From the IMG/VR virus record IMGVR_UViG_3300005573_001011, positions 55,081 through 119,080 of that record: a stretch of DNA of 64,000 bases, one strand, 5' to 3'. Below, one piece after another: positions 18,701 through 26,920 of this stretch (position 1 is its first letter; the number at the start of each line of letters is the position of its first letter). The position numbers and the translations under genes are program-made. This DNA comes from a virus. The notes beneath the pieces are model-generated. The model did not search any database and was not told where the DNA came from. It saw nothing but the letters and a program-made list of their open reading frames with translations.

Positions 18701-21700
18701 TTCCAGGTGCAAAATTAGAAGTTTCTGGTGGAAATATATTAGTAACCGCAACGAGTCCAACTGTTCAGCTTAGCGGTAGTATAACGAGTGGTAGATTTGG
18801 GCAAGATAGTGTCGGTAGTTTTATTGCATCGGACACAAACAGTGCAGCATTACGTTTTCTAACCAATAATGGTTCTCTAAATGAGTGGGTGAGAATAACA
18901 GCAAATGGCAGAGTCGGCATTGGAACGACTGGACCAACTAATACATTACATGTTGCTGGCACTTCAACCTACAATGTAGATAGTGGAATAGCTTTAAGAG
19001 TATCGGATGCAACGACAACAACGAAAGGGATAAATATTGGTTATGACACAAATCTTGATAGGGGCTTCTTACAGGCAGGAAACTTTGGACAATATTACAG
19101 TGACTTATTATTGAATCCAAATGCAGGCAATGTAGGTGTCGGAACGACGGCACCAAATGCTAAATTAGAAGTTGCAGGCACAATTAGAGCGACATCGTTT
19201 GCTAGTCCTCCAAGTGGTAGCGGGTCTAGCCTTGAGTTGGGTTGGAATGGAACATATGGCATAATTCAAGCCTACGATAGAACCGCAGATAGTGTAAAGC
19301 CATTGGTGCTTAATTACAATGGCGGAAATATAATAATGATTCCTACTGGTACTGGTAACGTCGGCATTGGGGCAACGAATCCAGGAGCAAGAGTAGATAT
19401 TGTTCCTTCGTCTTCGAGTGACGTAGTTTTCAGAACCAAATCTTTGCAGTCCACCGCTCCGCTTGGAACTGAACTTGTCTCAAATGGTAACTTTTCCACG
19501 GTTCCTGACACTTCTTGGACATGGGGCAGTGGGTGGACACATGATACGACAAATTTAGAAGCTGACCATACGCCTGGAAATACTGCTGCTTTAACGCAAA
19601 ACATTAATGTGGTTAATGGGCAGACTTATCACGTACAACTAACCATAAAAAATAGAACGGCGGGTTCAGTTACTCTTGACATAAATGGGGTTTATATTTA
19701 CCTCTATAGTTCAATCACTACTTTCGTTACTAACGGTACTTTTAGCCGCTCTCTCGTTGCTAACACGACAGGGTCGGCAACCTTGCGTATTACCCCAAGT
19801 TCCGATTTTAATGGTAGTGTAGATGATATTTCGGTCAAGCAAATTACTGGAGTTTCTCAACCCAATTTTAGTTTAGTGGATGATGCGAGTAGTGTGGTAG
19901 CTGAGTTGAGGGGGAAAAACTCTCTTAGTAATATCGGCTTGGGAACAGATTCTCTTCGCTACAACACGACTGGTTATAGTAATTGTGCGGTAGGTACGAG
20001 TGCTCTTTATAGTAATACTACTGGTTATGAGAATACTGCAGTAGGTACGAGTGCTCTTTATAATAACACTACTGGTTTTTTTAATACTGCGCTAGGTGCA
20101 AAAGCTCTTTATACTAATACTACTGGTATAGGGAACTTAGCATTAGGCAGAGAGGCTCTTTTTAGTAACACTACTGGTTATTATAATACTGCAGTAGGTA
20201 TGAGTGCTCTTTATAATAACACTACTGGTTATTATAATACTGCAGTAGGTATGAGTGCTCTTTATAATAACACTACTGGTTATTATAATACTGCGCTAGG
20301 TATAGGTGCTGGGCAGTACATTGCAGACGGATCATCCCCTAACCAAACTTCATATAATTCTGTCTATTTGGGTTATAATACAAAAGCATCGGCTAATGGG
20401 GATACTAATGAGATAGTAATTGGATATAATGCTACAGGAGCAGGAAGTAATTCTGTTGTTCTTGGAAACGACTCTATTACAAAGACTATATTAAAAGGCA
20501 AAGTCGGCATTGGAACGGCGGACCCCCCAGAGAAATTGACTGTCTATTCGCCATCTTCAACCGATGCTTTTATTCGTGTCTCCTCTCCAGATGGTTGTAA
20601 AGCAGGGATCAAGTTTGGTGAAGACCAGAATTCATCACAAACATGGGGACACAGAATTTTATACGATGGATATAACGATCTTGTTTTATTCCAAAATATT
20701 CGTAATACAGTAGTGAATGAGGTAATGGCTTTCGATAGTAGCAACAGGGTCGGCATTGGGACGACGAGTATGAATGTAAAGCTTGCTGTCAATGGAGCAA
20801 TAGAGTCACTTACAACACCTAGCAGTGACATGAATACAGCCGGACTTATTCTAAAAGACGAAACTACCAGCGGAAGATGGCAGGTACATTCGCATGGAGA
20901 CATACTTAGGATGTACAATGGTTCTATCGAAACCATTGTAGGGGAACAAACTTCAACAATACTTCTTAAGGAAAACATTGTCCCCTTAACTGGTGCCTTA
21001 GATAAAATCAAGCAATTACACGCCATCTCCTTCAAGTTTAAGCCTGAAATTTATGGCGGAAAACAGAGTATCGGTTTTAGTGCCGAAGAGGTGAGGAACA
21101 TTATACCAGAAGTCGTCACCATGGATAAAGATGGCGTCTATCCGATTTCTATTAACTACGGGTTGTTAAGCACAGTTGCAATTCAAGGTATTAAGGAGCT
21201 TTATGGAAAAGTCAGGGGTATTGAGACAACGGGACAAGGGAATCTAGTAATAAACCAAGGCAACGTCGGTATTGGAACGACTACTCCAGGTGGTTCATCC
21301 ACAGTTGGAACGAAAGTATTGTCTATTTCCGCCGGCACAGAACCAAGTGGCGGTGTAGATGGTCAGGTAAGTCTGTTTAGCAAGGATGTTTCTAATTCTG
21401 CAGAACTCTTCGTTATGGACGAAGCAGGAAACAAGACTCAATTAAGCCCACACCCTGGAGACTTCTTAGATAATCTACCAGTTGACGATAGGCCATATCC
21501 TTGGGCATACTTGGCTGAAAATGAGTATCTTGGAAAGAGGATAAAAGTAGATTTAGCGGGTTTGGTGGCCGCCATAGAGAAGTTGACTGGCGAGAAGTTC
21601 ATGTATATTGAAGACATTCCGCGACGGAATTGGGACGAAGATCAAGAAGCTCAAAGACTTGCTCGTGAGAAAGAAATACAAGCTGTCTTGCAACAGATAG

Positions 21701-21861
21701 CCGATCTTGAGCAGAAAATTGAATCTGAAGCAGACGCAGAAAAGAAGCAGGAATTAATCAAGCAGAAAGAGGAGATTGTCGTTCCAGAGCCTTATGTGAA
21801 GAAGAACCTGCCCAAGTGGATAGCTGCAAGACTAAGACAGGAGCAGATGTCTGAAGCCTAA
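12712..21861 (+). CDS. giant tail fibre/adhesin: collagen-like Gly-X-Ser repeats, two CBM5/12-like modules, C1q-like domain, 14 VGIGT modules, NTTG repeats, S74-type chaperone
   Basis: SGYSGI/EGLSG repeats; WDSTTTYYVNDVVYHEGSSYVC twice; GNVGIGTTxP repeats; LKENIVPL..IGFSAEEV..INYGLL..IQGIKEL. Confidence 0.85.
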   Translation: MLIQTFARGLSGYSGYSGIAGTAASSGYSGISGYSGYYGYSGYSGISGYSGIEGAEGLSGYSGFSGYSGVSGYSGIEGLEGLSGYSGVSGYSGISGYSGISGYSGIEGAEGLSGYSGISGYSGISGISGYSGYSGLEGIEGLSGYSGISGYSGISGYSGLEGAEGLSGYSGISGYSGISGYSGLEGVEGLSGYSGISGYSGLFGISGYSGISGYSGIEGTEGYSGYSGVSGYSGISGISGYSGVEGAEGLSGYSGIEGAQGLSGYSGISGYSGIEGAQGLSGYSGISGYSGIEGAQGLSGYSGISGISGYSGISGYSGISGISGYSGAQFVGSSGYSGISGYSGISGYSGISGYSGISGYSGITGISGYSGISGISGISGYSGISGYSGISGYSGIEGTEGLSGYSGISGYSGISGYSGISGYSGLEGAYSASGYSGISGYSGISGYSGLSGYKGLNWTGNWDSTTTYYVNDVVYHEGSSYVCVQENINQEPPNEDYWQLLALAGVPGYTSQQASMYRSGANQPIPNVTWTKVQLNAISFDPYNICNVSNYRIKPTEAGYYLVVGYGSIDLGSGNVFVVAIYKNGSLLVYGTDVALQSGIGYTRSIASQIVYMNGSTDYLELWCYQQSGTTRSLLSGSENTYLSIVSIAGPQGSSGYSGLSGYSGISGYSGIQGLSGYSGISGISGFSGYSGLEGTEGLSGYSGVSGYSGISGYSGISGISGYSGAQFVGSSGYSGISGYSGIEGVEGLSGYSGISGYSGIEGAEGLSGYSGISGYSGISGYSGISGYSGIEGVEGLSGYSGRSGYSGISGYSGIEGVEGLSGYSGISGYSGVSGYSGIEGLSGYSGISGYSGISGYSGVSGYSGIEGTEGLSGYSGISGYSGISGLSGYSGISGYSGISGYSGLEGVEGLSGYSGISGYSGISGYSGIEGVEGLSGYSGISGYSGYSGISGYSGVEGAEGLSGYSGASGYSGISGYSGIEGLSGYSGISGYSGVSGYSGISGISGYSGISGYSGLSGYKGLNWTGYWDSTTTYYVNDVVYHEGSSYVCIQENINQEPPNEDYWQLLALGGTSGYSGISGYSGISGYSGISGYSGIEGAEGLSGYSGVSGYSGVSGYSGISGYSGIEGAQGLSGYSGRSGYSGISGYSGISGYSGIEGVEGLSGYSGISGYSGISGYSGISGTSGYSGISGISGYSGIEGVGGLSGYSGISGYSGISGYSGIEGGQGLSGYSGISGISGYSGISGYSGVSGYSGISGISGYSGRSGYSGVSGYSGTSGISGYSGISGISGYSGAQFVGSSGYSGISGYSGCSGISGISGYSGISGISGYSGRSGYSGISGYSGISGYSGISGISGYSGVLPPGSSGQTLRHDGSNWVANSLIFNDGTNVGIGTTNPGAKLDVDGTIYGQSIRLNRPGDASYIYRDISETGNISIENYCGGINLETGTVGTDRASRIYIQSTGNVGIGTTTATGKFTIKAKDETYTGLLYMEASGSTNAWNMAFDSATAPNLWLQYNGSSTPIMLWRNDGSVGIGTTSPSNLLHVYGTSNIVARFERFTSGIANEGAIEVVGNDASNNKYSLYIGSSPSKGLIRTLQSVPLHFGVNSGINVTIDTSGNVGIGTTGPVANLHIQQTTGTGISLRRTGGEAIFQIVGDGGANYLAMDTATSNLYIGGTPTGAGGQYPTMTVGANNGNVGIGTTSPLGKLHIVYPEVCIPIFENNYGSGLGLNRILMKTYLQGYTYIEMNSNNQGTPFSWKIGLTDSADRFRILRESSEFLSILNTGNVGIGTTEPVGNLDIEATAVNTIGHLVVNRANYGGLGGELTIRNSAGGANAAGAIAFELDGSTAFGSDESNASNAEIRAVNNGILSNSTDLLFSNWSGSAENVNMIIRYNGNVGIGTTDPQAKLHIEGGGSGYVLRIGSSGASGIVNYAAGGGGTSTVSVFGRGGLDFNWGDASVRVYDTGATRLLKLGENAGSGQNVHVIMGINGNVGIGTTIPGAKLEVSGGNILVTATSPTVQLSGSITSGRFGQDSVGSFIASDTNSAALRFLTNNGSLNEWVRITANGRVGIGTTGPTNTLHVAGTSTYNVDSGIALRVSDATTTTKGINIGYDTNLDRGFLQAGNFGQYYSDLLLNPNAGNVGVGTTAPNAKLEVAGTIRATSFASPPSGSGSSLELGWNGTYGIIQAYDRTADSVKPLVLNYNGGNIIMIPTGTGNVGIGATNPGARVDIVPSSSSDVVFRTKSLQSTAPLGTELVSNGNFSTVPDTSWTWGSGWTHDTTNLEADHTPGNTAALTQNINVVNGQTYHVQLTIKNRTAGSVTLDINGVYIYLYSSITTFVTNGTFSRSLVANTTGSATLRITPSSDFNGSVDDISVKQITGVSQPNFSLVDDASSVVAELRGKNSLSNIGLGTDSLRYNTTGYSNCAVGTSALYSNTTGYENTAVGTSALYNNTTGFFNTALGAKALYTNTTGIGNLALGREALFSNTTGYYNTAVGMSALYNNTTGYYNTAVGMSALYNNTTGYYNTALGIGAGQYIADGSSPNQTSYNSVYLGYNTKASANGDTNEIVIGYNATGAGSNSVVLGNDSITKTILKGKVGIGTADPPEKLTVYSPSSTDAFIRVSSPDGCKAGIKFGEDQNSSQTWGHRILYDGYNDLVLFQNIRNTVVNEVMAFDSSNRVGIGTTSMNVKLAVNGAIESLTTPSSDMNTAGLILKDETTSGRWQVHSHGDILRMYNGSIETIVGEQTSTILLKENIVPLTGALDKIKQLHAISFKFKPEIYGGKQSIGFSAEEVRNIIPEVVTMDKDGVYPISINYGLLSTVAIQGIKELYGKVRGIETTGQGNLVINQGNVGIGTTTPGGSSTVGTKVLSISAGTEPSGGVDGQVSLFSKDVSNSAELFVMDEAGNKTQLSPHPGDFLDNLPVDDRPYPWAYLAENEYLGKRIKVDLAGLVAAIEKLTGEKFMYIEDIPRRNWDEDQEAQRLAREKEIQAVLQQIADLEQKIESEADAEKKQELIKQKEEIVVPEPYVKKNLPKWIAARLRQEQMSEA
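12736..16785 (+). repeat. coding low-complexity Gly-X-Y repeat (SGY/SGI/EGL triplets)
   Basis: Gly at every third residue over roughly 1100 aa, with heavily varied synonymous codons. Confidence 0.95.
19950..20300 (+). repeat. 42-bp/14-aa coding tandem repeat ALYxNTTGxxNTA(V/L)G
   Basis: About 8 units; two adjacent units identical at DNA level. Confidence 0.9.
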
Positions 21862-21970
21862 TGGAACCTGTAGAACAAACTTCTGGAATAGAATACTTAT
21901 CCTAAATGTTTATCTCACAAAATTTAAGGGATGACCAGTAAATTAGTCCAAGAATAAATTTAGTTAGACC

Positions 21971-22010
21971 ATTCCGCAACTACTATTTTTCAGTTTGGTT
22001 GCGGAATTTT
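21971..22010 (+). terminator. hairpin after the fibre gene, probable terminator
   Basis: ATTCCGCAAC...GTTGCGGAAT 10-bp stem followed by TTT. Confidence 0.55.
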
Positions 22011-22111
22011 ATTCGATAGAAGAGAACTTAGTTCTAAACTAAGATTTAGTGAAACTGAACCCGGGGGTGTAGAAGATGAAATAAGGGTTCAGTATAATAA
22101 AAGGAGGAAAT

Positions 22112-22300
22112 ATGACAATGACGACGAAAATTAAAGACAGAATCGAGGAGTTAAGGAAAGAGAATGATGCAGACAACCAGAAGCTAATTGAGTTAGAACA
22201 GAGGAAGAGTTTACTAATCCAGGAAATTTTGGTAAGGAATGGAAGAATTTTGGAACTAGAAAAACTATTGGATGAGACAGACCGAAAAGAAGCGGACTAA
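22112..22300 (+). CDS. small coiled-coil protein, possibly fibre-associated
   Basis: AGGAGG RBS; heptad pattern; follows the fibre gene. Confidence 0.7.
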   Translation: MTMTTKIKDRIEELRKENDADNQKLIELEQRKSLLIQEILVRNGRILELEKLLDETDRKEAD

Positions 22301-22474
22301 ATATAGCTAGAACAGCTATCGAACTTCCACCAAAAATTTGACTCTTTTACACTACAATGGAATAAGGTGTTTACGCTGCTATAGCATAATATTGAGGAAA
22401 GAGTGAATGACTTCTAGATCTGAGTTGGAGGTAAGAAGAGGAACAAATAAATAAAAGTCTAGGGAGGACAAAAG

Positions 22475-22948
22475 ATGGGAATAAAAGTTCTTAGGGAAAT
22501 ATTAGACGAAGAGATAGCTGATTTCGTCAATAAATTAAACGAGTTTTCGTTTCTACAAACAAGGTCATCTTGCTCAGGATACGGAGACCCAGAAACAGAA
22601 AACTCTAGGTCAGATGGAGTTAATAGAGTGTGGCGAGGACGACCATATATTTCGTTTTGGGTGCTCGAACCAGAAGCGTACCAGTTTGTCGAACATGTTA
22701 TGAGAGAACTAGTTTTCGACCACCGCGCTGCAGATGCTCCAGAAAAGCAGCCAGCATATGCAGAAAAACTAAGCAAGTTTGAAATACAAGACGATGGAAA
22801 GCAGCTTATCCACGCTACATTAGAGTGGAGAAACGACAAAATGGTAGTTAGTATCTATATAGATGACAGAGACCGAAACCCAGAAACAATAATGAAGATA
22901 TGGAAACTATTTGAGAGTGCTGTAGACTCTTACAAGACAAAAGGGTGA
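22475..22948 (+). CDS. hypothetical protein with TYW3-like N-terminal motif
   Basis: DEEIADFVNKLN..TRSSCSG resembles TYW3 D..I..L...IN....TTSSCSG; rest not recognisable. Confidence 0.45.
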   Translation: MGIKVLREILDEEIADFVNKLNEFSFLQTRSSCSGYGDPETENSRSDGVNRVWRGRPYISFWVLEPEAYQFVEHVMRELVFDHRAADAPEKQPAYAEKLSKFEIQDDGKQLIHATLEWRNDKMVVSIYIDDRDRNPETIMKIWKLFESAVDSYKTKG

Positions 22949-22992
22949 GAGTGTTAGATTGCTAAGTACAGTTAGAAAAAGGTGCGAGAAAA

Positions 22993-23886
22993 ATGAAATT
23001 TGTTTTTATCTTAACTTTGCTTGTCTTGCTTTTGGCGCCAGGTTACACTGCATCTTATGACAAATTTCACTCTCAGTTTCCAGGAGTTACTGATGAAAGA
23101 GATTTTGTCAATTTCGAAAACTGGATTGTAGAAGTTAAGACAGTCGGTTATGCGTTGGGTATTCTTCCTGAGAAGTTTAGAGGGAAAGAGAAGAGTTGTC
23201 TGAGCATCGGAACGTTTGAGTTACAAGCGAGTGGTTTCGTTGTGCAAGGCGGGTTTATAGTGGCAGCGAACCATGTAGTCTCACCTCACTACGTTCTTAT
23301 AAAGACAGATTACCACGTAGTTTGGAAAGTCCCAGTTACTAGTGTTCTTTCGAAAACTATAATTATTAATGAGTATATACCAGCTACTGTTATTTGGCAA
23401 GACGAAAAAGCGGATATAGCTGTCCTTCTCCCAGTGTACGACCGTAATATGACTCTAGAAGGAGTGTCCTTTAAGATGGAGAGTGCGGCCGTTGAGGAGG
23501 GTGATGCAGTTTCAATAGTAGTTAGAGAAGTGTTCGAAAATGGGGAGCGTGGCTCTTGGCACGAGATCAGACAAGGACGTGTTATATCGCCATATCCTCT
23601 TTCTGTATTTACTCCTGAGTTTGGAGACTTACACCTCTTAACTCAAGCTGAGTTAGAGCCAACGGACATAACTCATTCTACTACTCTCTACCCTGGAGAT
23701 AGTGGCTCGCCATTAATTGCTTACAAAGAAGGCGAACCCGTAATAGTTGGTGTTGTAACTAAAATGATAGCACTTCGTGTAACTCTAACTGATGTTGTAG
23801 TCTTTTACTATGCAACAAGAATAGACAAGGCAAAAAGATTTATTGAAGCATATATAGATTTACAGAGAAGGGAGAAAATAAATTGA
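22993..23886 (+). CDS. trypsin-like serine protease with signal peptide
   Basis: ASGFVV, AANHVV, ADIAVL, PGDSGSPL; hydrophobic N-terminus. Confidence 0.9.
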   Translation: MKFVFILTLLVLLLAPGYTASYDKFHSQFPGVTDERDFVNFENWIVEVKTVGYALGILPEKFRGKEKSCLSIGTFELQASGFVVQGGFIVAANHVVSPHYVLIKTDYHVVWKVPVTSVLSKTIIINEYIPATVIWQDEKADIAVLLPVYDRNMTLEGVSFKMESAAVEEGDAVSIVVREVFENGERGSWHEIRQGRVISPYPLSVFTPEFGDLHLLTQAELEPTDITHSTTLYPGDSGSPLIAYKEGEPVIVGVVTKMIALRVTLTDVVVFYYATRIDKAKRFIEAYIDLQRREKIN

Positions 23887-25337
23887 AGTTAGATTTTCCA
23901 ATTAGGTCCTGTACTATTGACTTAACTGAAAGATGCAACCTACGATGTAAGTACTGCTTTACTTATGGAGTGGGCAAGCGAGATTTAACTTTCGAACAAG
24001 GAAAAAAGACTATCGATTGGTTATTCCGCGATGAAGTAAGTCAAGCCGACGACATTAGTATAGATTGGTGGGGGGGTGAGCCTTTCTTAAAGTTTGACTT
24101 GATGAGACGCTTGAGTGACTATGTTTTAGAGAAAGCACATAAGACTAGGAAAAGAGTAATGATGGGTGGGACATCTAACGTTACTCTGTGGACACCAAAA
24201 GTAATCGATTGGATGAATAACCATAACATCTATTTCCTAATGTCTATAGACGGCGTTGGCGCAGCACAAGATACATTTAGACCGATGGCAGGGAAGAAAA
24301 AGAGCAGTTGGAACGTAATAAAGAGAAGATTGCCGTATATCGTTAGTAAGATTCCGTTTATAAAGTCTAGATCATCCCCTGCACCAGCAACGATACATCT
24401 TTTTGCAGATTCAGTAAAAGAGCTCTATAATACTTACAAGCTAAAAGACCAAACGTTTTCTCCAGTCTTCGAGATGGAGTGGACTGACGATAAACTCAAG
24501 ATAGCGAAAGAGCAGTTATTTGCACTAGCTGATTTCATGATTGAGTTAGCGAAGAAGAGTGAAAGACTAGCAGTTAAGCATTTTGACGATGGAGCAGCAA
24601 AGCTTGAAACGGGATCAATAAAACCAGAATGGCCATGTGGAGCTGGGAGGTTCTACGTTGGTATCGGTGTCGATGGATACATTTATCCATGTCATCGGTT
24701 TAATAAGTATGATCGGCCTGTAAGTGAGAAGTACTGTATTGGTAGTATAGACGAAGGAATTACTAGACCAGACTTAAGAGAACCGTTCTTAAAATTCTTA
24801 GACTTGGCACCTCCAGAGAAGTGCAAAAACTGTAAGTGGTACGGTAGAACGTGCAATATCGGCTGCTATGCTATTAACTTTGACTTAACTGGAAGCATCT
24901 TCACTCCTGGAGAAAATCATTGCAGATGGATGGAAGTGCAAGGTGAAGCTATTGAATACTTTTACAAGAAAATTAAAGAAAATAATCTACCGCTTCCAAA
25001 ACCGGCTTTTCCACAGCCACAAATAGGAGGAATGAGAATGGCAGGGTCATGTATATGCAACAATATGTGTTACTTAGAGGGAACTGAGAGAGAAGTAAAG
25101 ACAGTAGACTGGTCTACAGGATTCGCTTGTCAGTGCTATAACACGAACTACGCTGGTGGTTTAGCAGACCAAGCAAGGCAATTAACTCAAGAAGAGATGC
25201 TAAAGATTTCACCTCGTCCAGCTAGTCAGTATGAGCTATTACAGAAGTTGGTAAACAGACTAGACGAAATGCAAGAGACTAACAAGCAGCTTCTTGATGT
25301 GATTACGAAGCTCGCAAGTTCGTTAGCAGAAAAGTAA
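23883..25337 (+). CDS. radical SAM/SPASM protein with Cys-motif C-terminal extension
   Basis: CNLRCKYC, GGEP, CGAG..GYIYPCHRF, CKNC..C..GC SPASM cysteines; tail contains CICNNMCY and CQCYNTNY. Confidence 0.92.
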   Translation: MKLDFPIRSCTIDLTERCNLRCKYCFTYGVGKRDLTFEQGKKTIDWLFRDEVSQADDISIDWWGGEPFLKFDLMRRLSDYVLEKAHKTRKRVMMGGTSNVTLWTPKVIDWMNNHNIYFLMSIDGVGAAQDTFRPMAGKKKSSWNVIKRRLPYIVSKIPFIKSRSSPAPATIHLFADSVKELYNTYKLKDQTFSPVFEMEWTDDKLKIAKEQLFALADFMIELAKKSERLAVKHFDDGAAKLETGSIKPEWPCGAGRFYVGIGVDGYIYPCHRFNKYDRPVSEKYCIGSIDEGITRPDLREPFLKFLDLAPPEKCKNCKWYGRTCNIGCYAINFDLTGSIFTPGENHCRWMEVQGEAIEYFYKKIKENNLPLPKPAFPQPQIGGMRMAGSCICNNMCYLEGTEREVKTVDWSTGFACQCYNTNYAGGLADQARQLTQEEMLKISPRPASQYELLQKLVNRLDEMQETNKQLLDVITKLASSLAEK

Positions 25338-25362
25338 GACTAAAAAAGAGAGGTAGAAGTAC

Positions 25363-26124
25363 ATGAAAGTGAAATTACTCGTACTAGCAGCTATCTTCTT
25401 AGCTGTTAGTCCTTTCCAAGTAGAAGGACAGGATAAAATCCCAGCACAAAAGCCATGTCCGAAAACTACAATGGTCACCGATTGCTTGAAATGTCATGCT
25501 GTCGGTACATTTAAAGTTATCAGACCCCCGTCTGCTTTTTCTCACGTTGAGTTTCCTGTTGCTATGGAGTTAAGGCAGAGTGAAGACGGGAAAGTATACG
25601 GAATTTACAGACTACGAGACGTTAATGCAGACGAAGTAGATCGGTTCCTCTATTTCCTGAAGAGTGCAGGCATCAAGCATGCTGTAATCGAAATTTTCAG
25701 TCCCGGAGGTAGTCTCTTCGGTGCTCAAAAGATAGTTGCTCACATGGAAGAGTTCCAAAATTCTGGAGGAATTGTAGAAACTAGAATATATGGAGCTGCC
25801 TTGTCAGCTGGTTTCTACATATTTGTAGCAGGAACTAAAGGGTACAGATTTGTCCACCCGGATGCTGAGCTGATGTGGCATGAGCTAATATCTTTAGAAG
25901 GAGTTGGATTTGTCTTTAAAACTCCATCGGACTCCGAAGAGAGATCTAGGATCTTAAGACATCTTCAAGACGTTAGAAATTCGTATTTAGCTGCGAGGTC
26001 GAAAATAACTAAAGAAAAGCTTGACGAAATGGTTAGAAAAAGAGAGTGGTGGATGACGGGAAAAGATGCTATAAAGTATGGCTTTGCCGACGGCTACATT
26101 GGCATTAGCTCTAATAAAAAGTAA
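25363..26124 (+). CDS. ClpP-like serine protease with signal peptide and CxxCH motif
   Basis: FSPGGS, AALSAG (Ser), LMWHE (His), WMTGKDAIKYGFAD; CLKCH at 25483-25497. Confidence 0.85.
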   Translation: MKVKLLVLAAIFLAVSPFQVEGQDKIPAQKPCPKTTMVTDCLKCHAVGTFKVIRPPSAFSHVEFPVAMELRQSEDGKVYGIYRLRDVNADEVDRFLYFLKSAGIKHAVIEIFSPGGSLFGAQKIVAHMEEFQNSGGIVETRIYGAALSAGFYIFVAGTKGYRFVHPDAELMWHELISLEGVGFVFKTPSDSEERSRILRHLQDVRNSYLAARSKITKEKLDEMVRKREWWMTGKDAIKYGFADGYIGISSNKK

Positions 26125-26135
26125 GGAGAATACTA

Positions 26136-26708
26136 GTGCTTATTGTTTCTTCAGTCTTTGACAATGAAAACAATCCAGTCGTTGGTGAGTCAGATAGCAC
26201 AAGCTTAAAAATCATGAGAGAATCTGACGGATTTTTTTACGACTGGCATGACTCTACTTTCAAGAGTTCTGGATGGTTGGAAGTAGAGACTACAATGGAA
26301 GAGACGAGCCCAACGGTAGCTCCAGGATACTACCAGAAAAACGTCAACGAGAGTAGTTGGCAAGACGACGTTTACTTGTTAATCTTTAACTTTAACAATG
26401 GTTCGGTAATTGTAAATGGGTCTCAAGAAGCAGAAGTAGTAGATGGAAAGATAGTCAGTTTCTCAACGAGCGACAACGTAAAAGTTATTGCAGAAGACCA
26501 GAAAAGGTTGTTAGGGTTAGTGCATGAGAACATATTTATTGATAATACAGAGTACGACGCAACAGGAAATTTAATAGCAGCGAGAGTTAGAATTTACTCA
26601 GATGCAAGCTCTGTCGGAACAGACTTGAACGTTATAGGAACTTACACGATTCAAGTAGTTACATCTGGAGCTGGAAAGTTCGTTTCGTGGAGTCAGAGAA
26701 GAGAATAA
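26136..26708 (+). CDS. hypothetical protein, probably virion structural
   Basis: Acidic, beta-rich ORF in a plus-strand operon; AAGGAG RBS. Confidence 0.6.
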   Translation: MLIVSSVFDNENNPVVGESDSTSLKIMRESDGFFYDWHDSTFKSSGWLEVETTMEETSPTVAPGYYQKNVNESSWQDDVYLLIFNFNNGSVIVNGSQEAEVVDGKIVSFSTSDNVKVIAEDQKRLLGLVHENIFIDNTEYDATGNLIAARVRIYSDASSVGTDLNVIGTYTIQVVTSGAGKFVSWSQRRE

Positions 26709-26723
26709 AGGAGACATTTTTAA

Positions 26724-26915
26724 GTGCAACCAGTAGCAATAGCAACATTAGGAATGTTTTCCGGGGTTGGTATAGGAGTTGGCAGTAGTGGTCCTGTGCT
26801 AATTCCAGAAGAAAAGAAAAAACCAGTACTCCGAGTCTTGAATGTAGAAGTCTCCACTTCTGAGAGTTCGAATCAAGAATCTATTGTAATTCGGGGAGTT
26901 ATTAATGGAGACTAA
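26724..26915 (+). CDS. small hypothetical protein
   Basis: AAGGAG RBS, GTG start, tight operon packing. Confidence 0.55.
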   Translation: MQPVAIATLGMFSGVGIGVGSSGPVLIPEEKKKPVLRVLNVEVSTSESSNQESIVIRGVINGD

Positions 26916-26920
26916 AGTAC

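Noticed and set aside
21862-22111. tRNA or other known ncRNA in the gap after the fibre gene
   Set aside because: Only a hairpin and short palindromes; no cloverleaf or T-loop consensus
22475-22948. Functional tRNA wybutosine methyltransferase TYW3
   Set aside because: Only the N-terminal SSCSG motif matches; the rest is not recognisable
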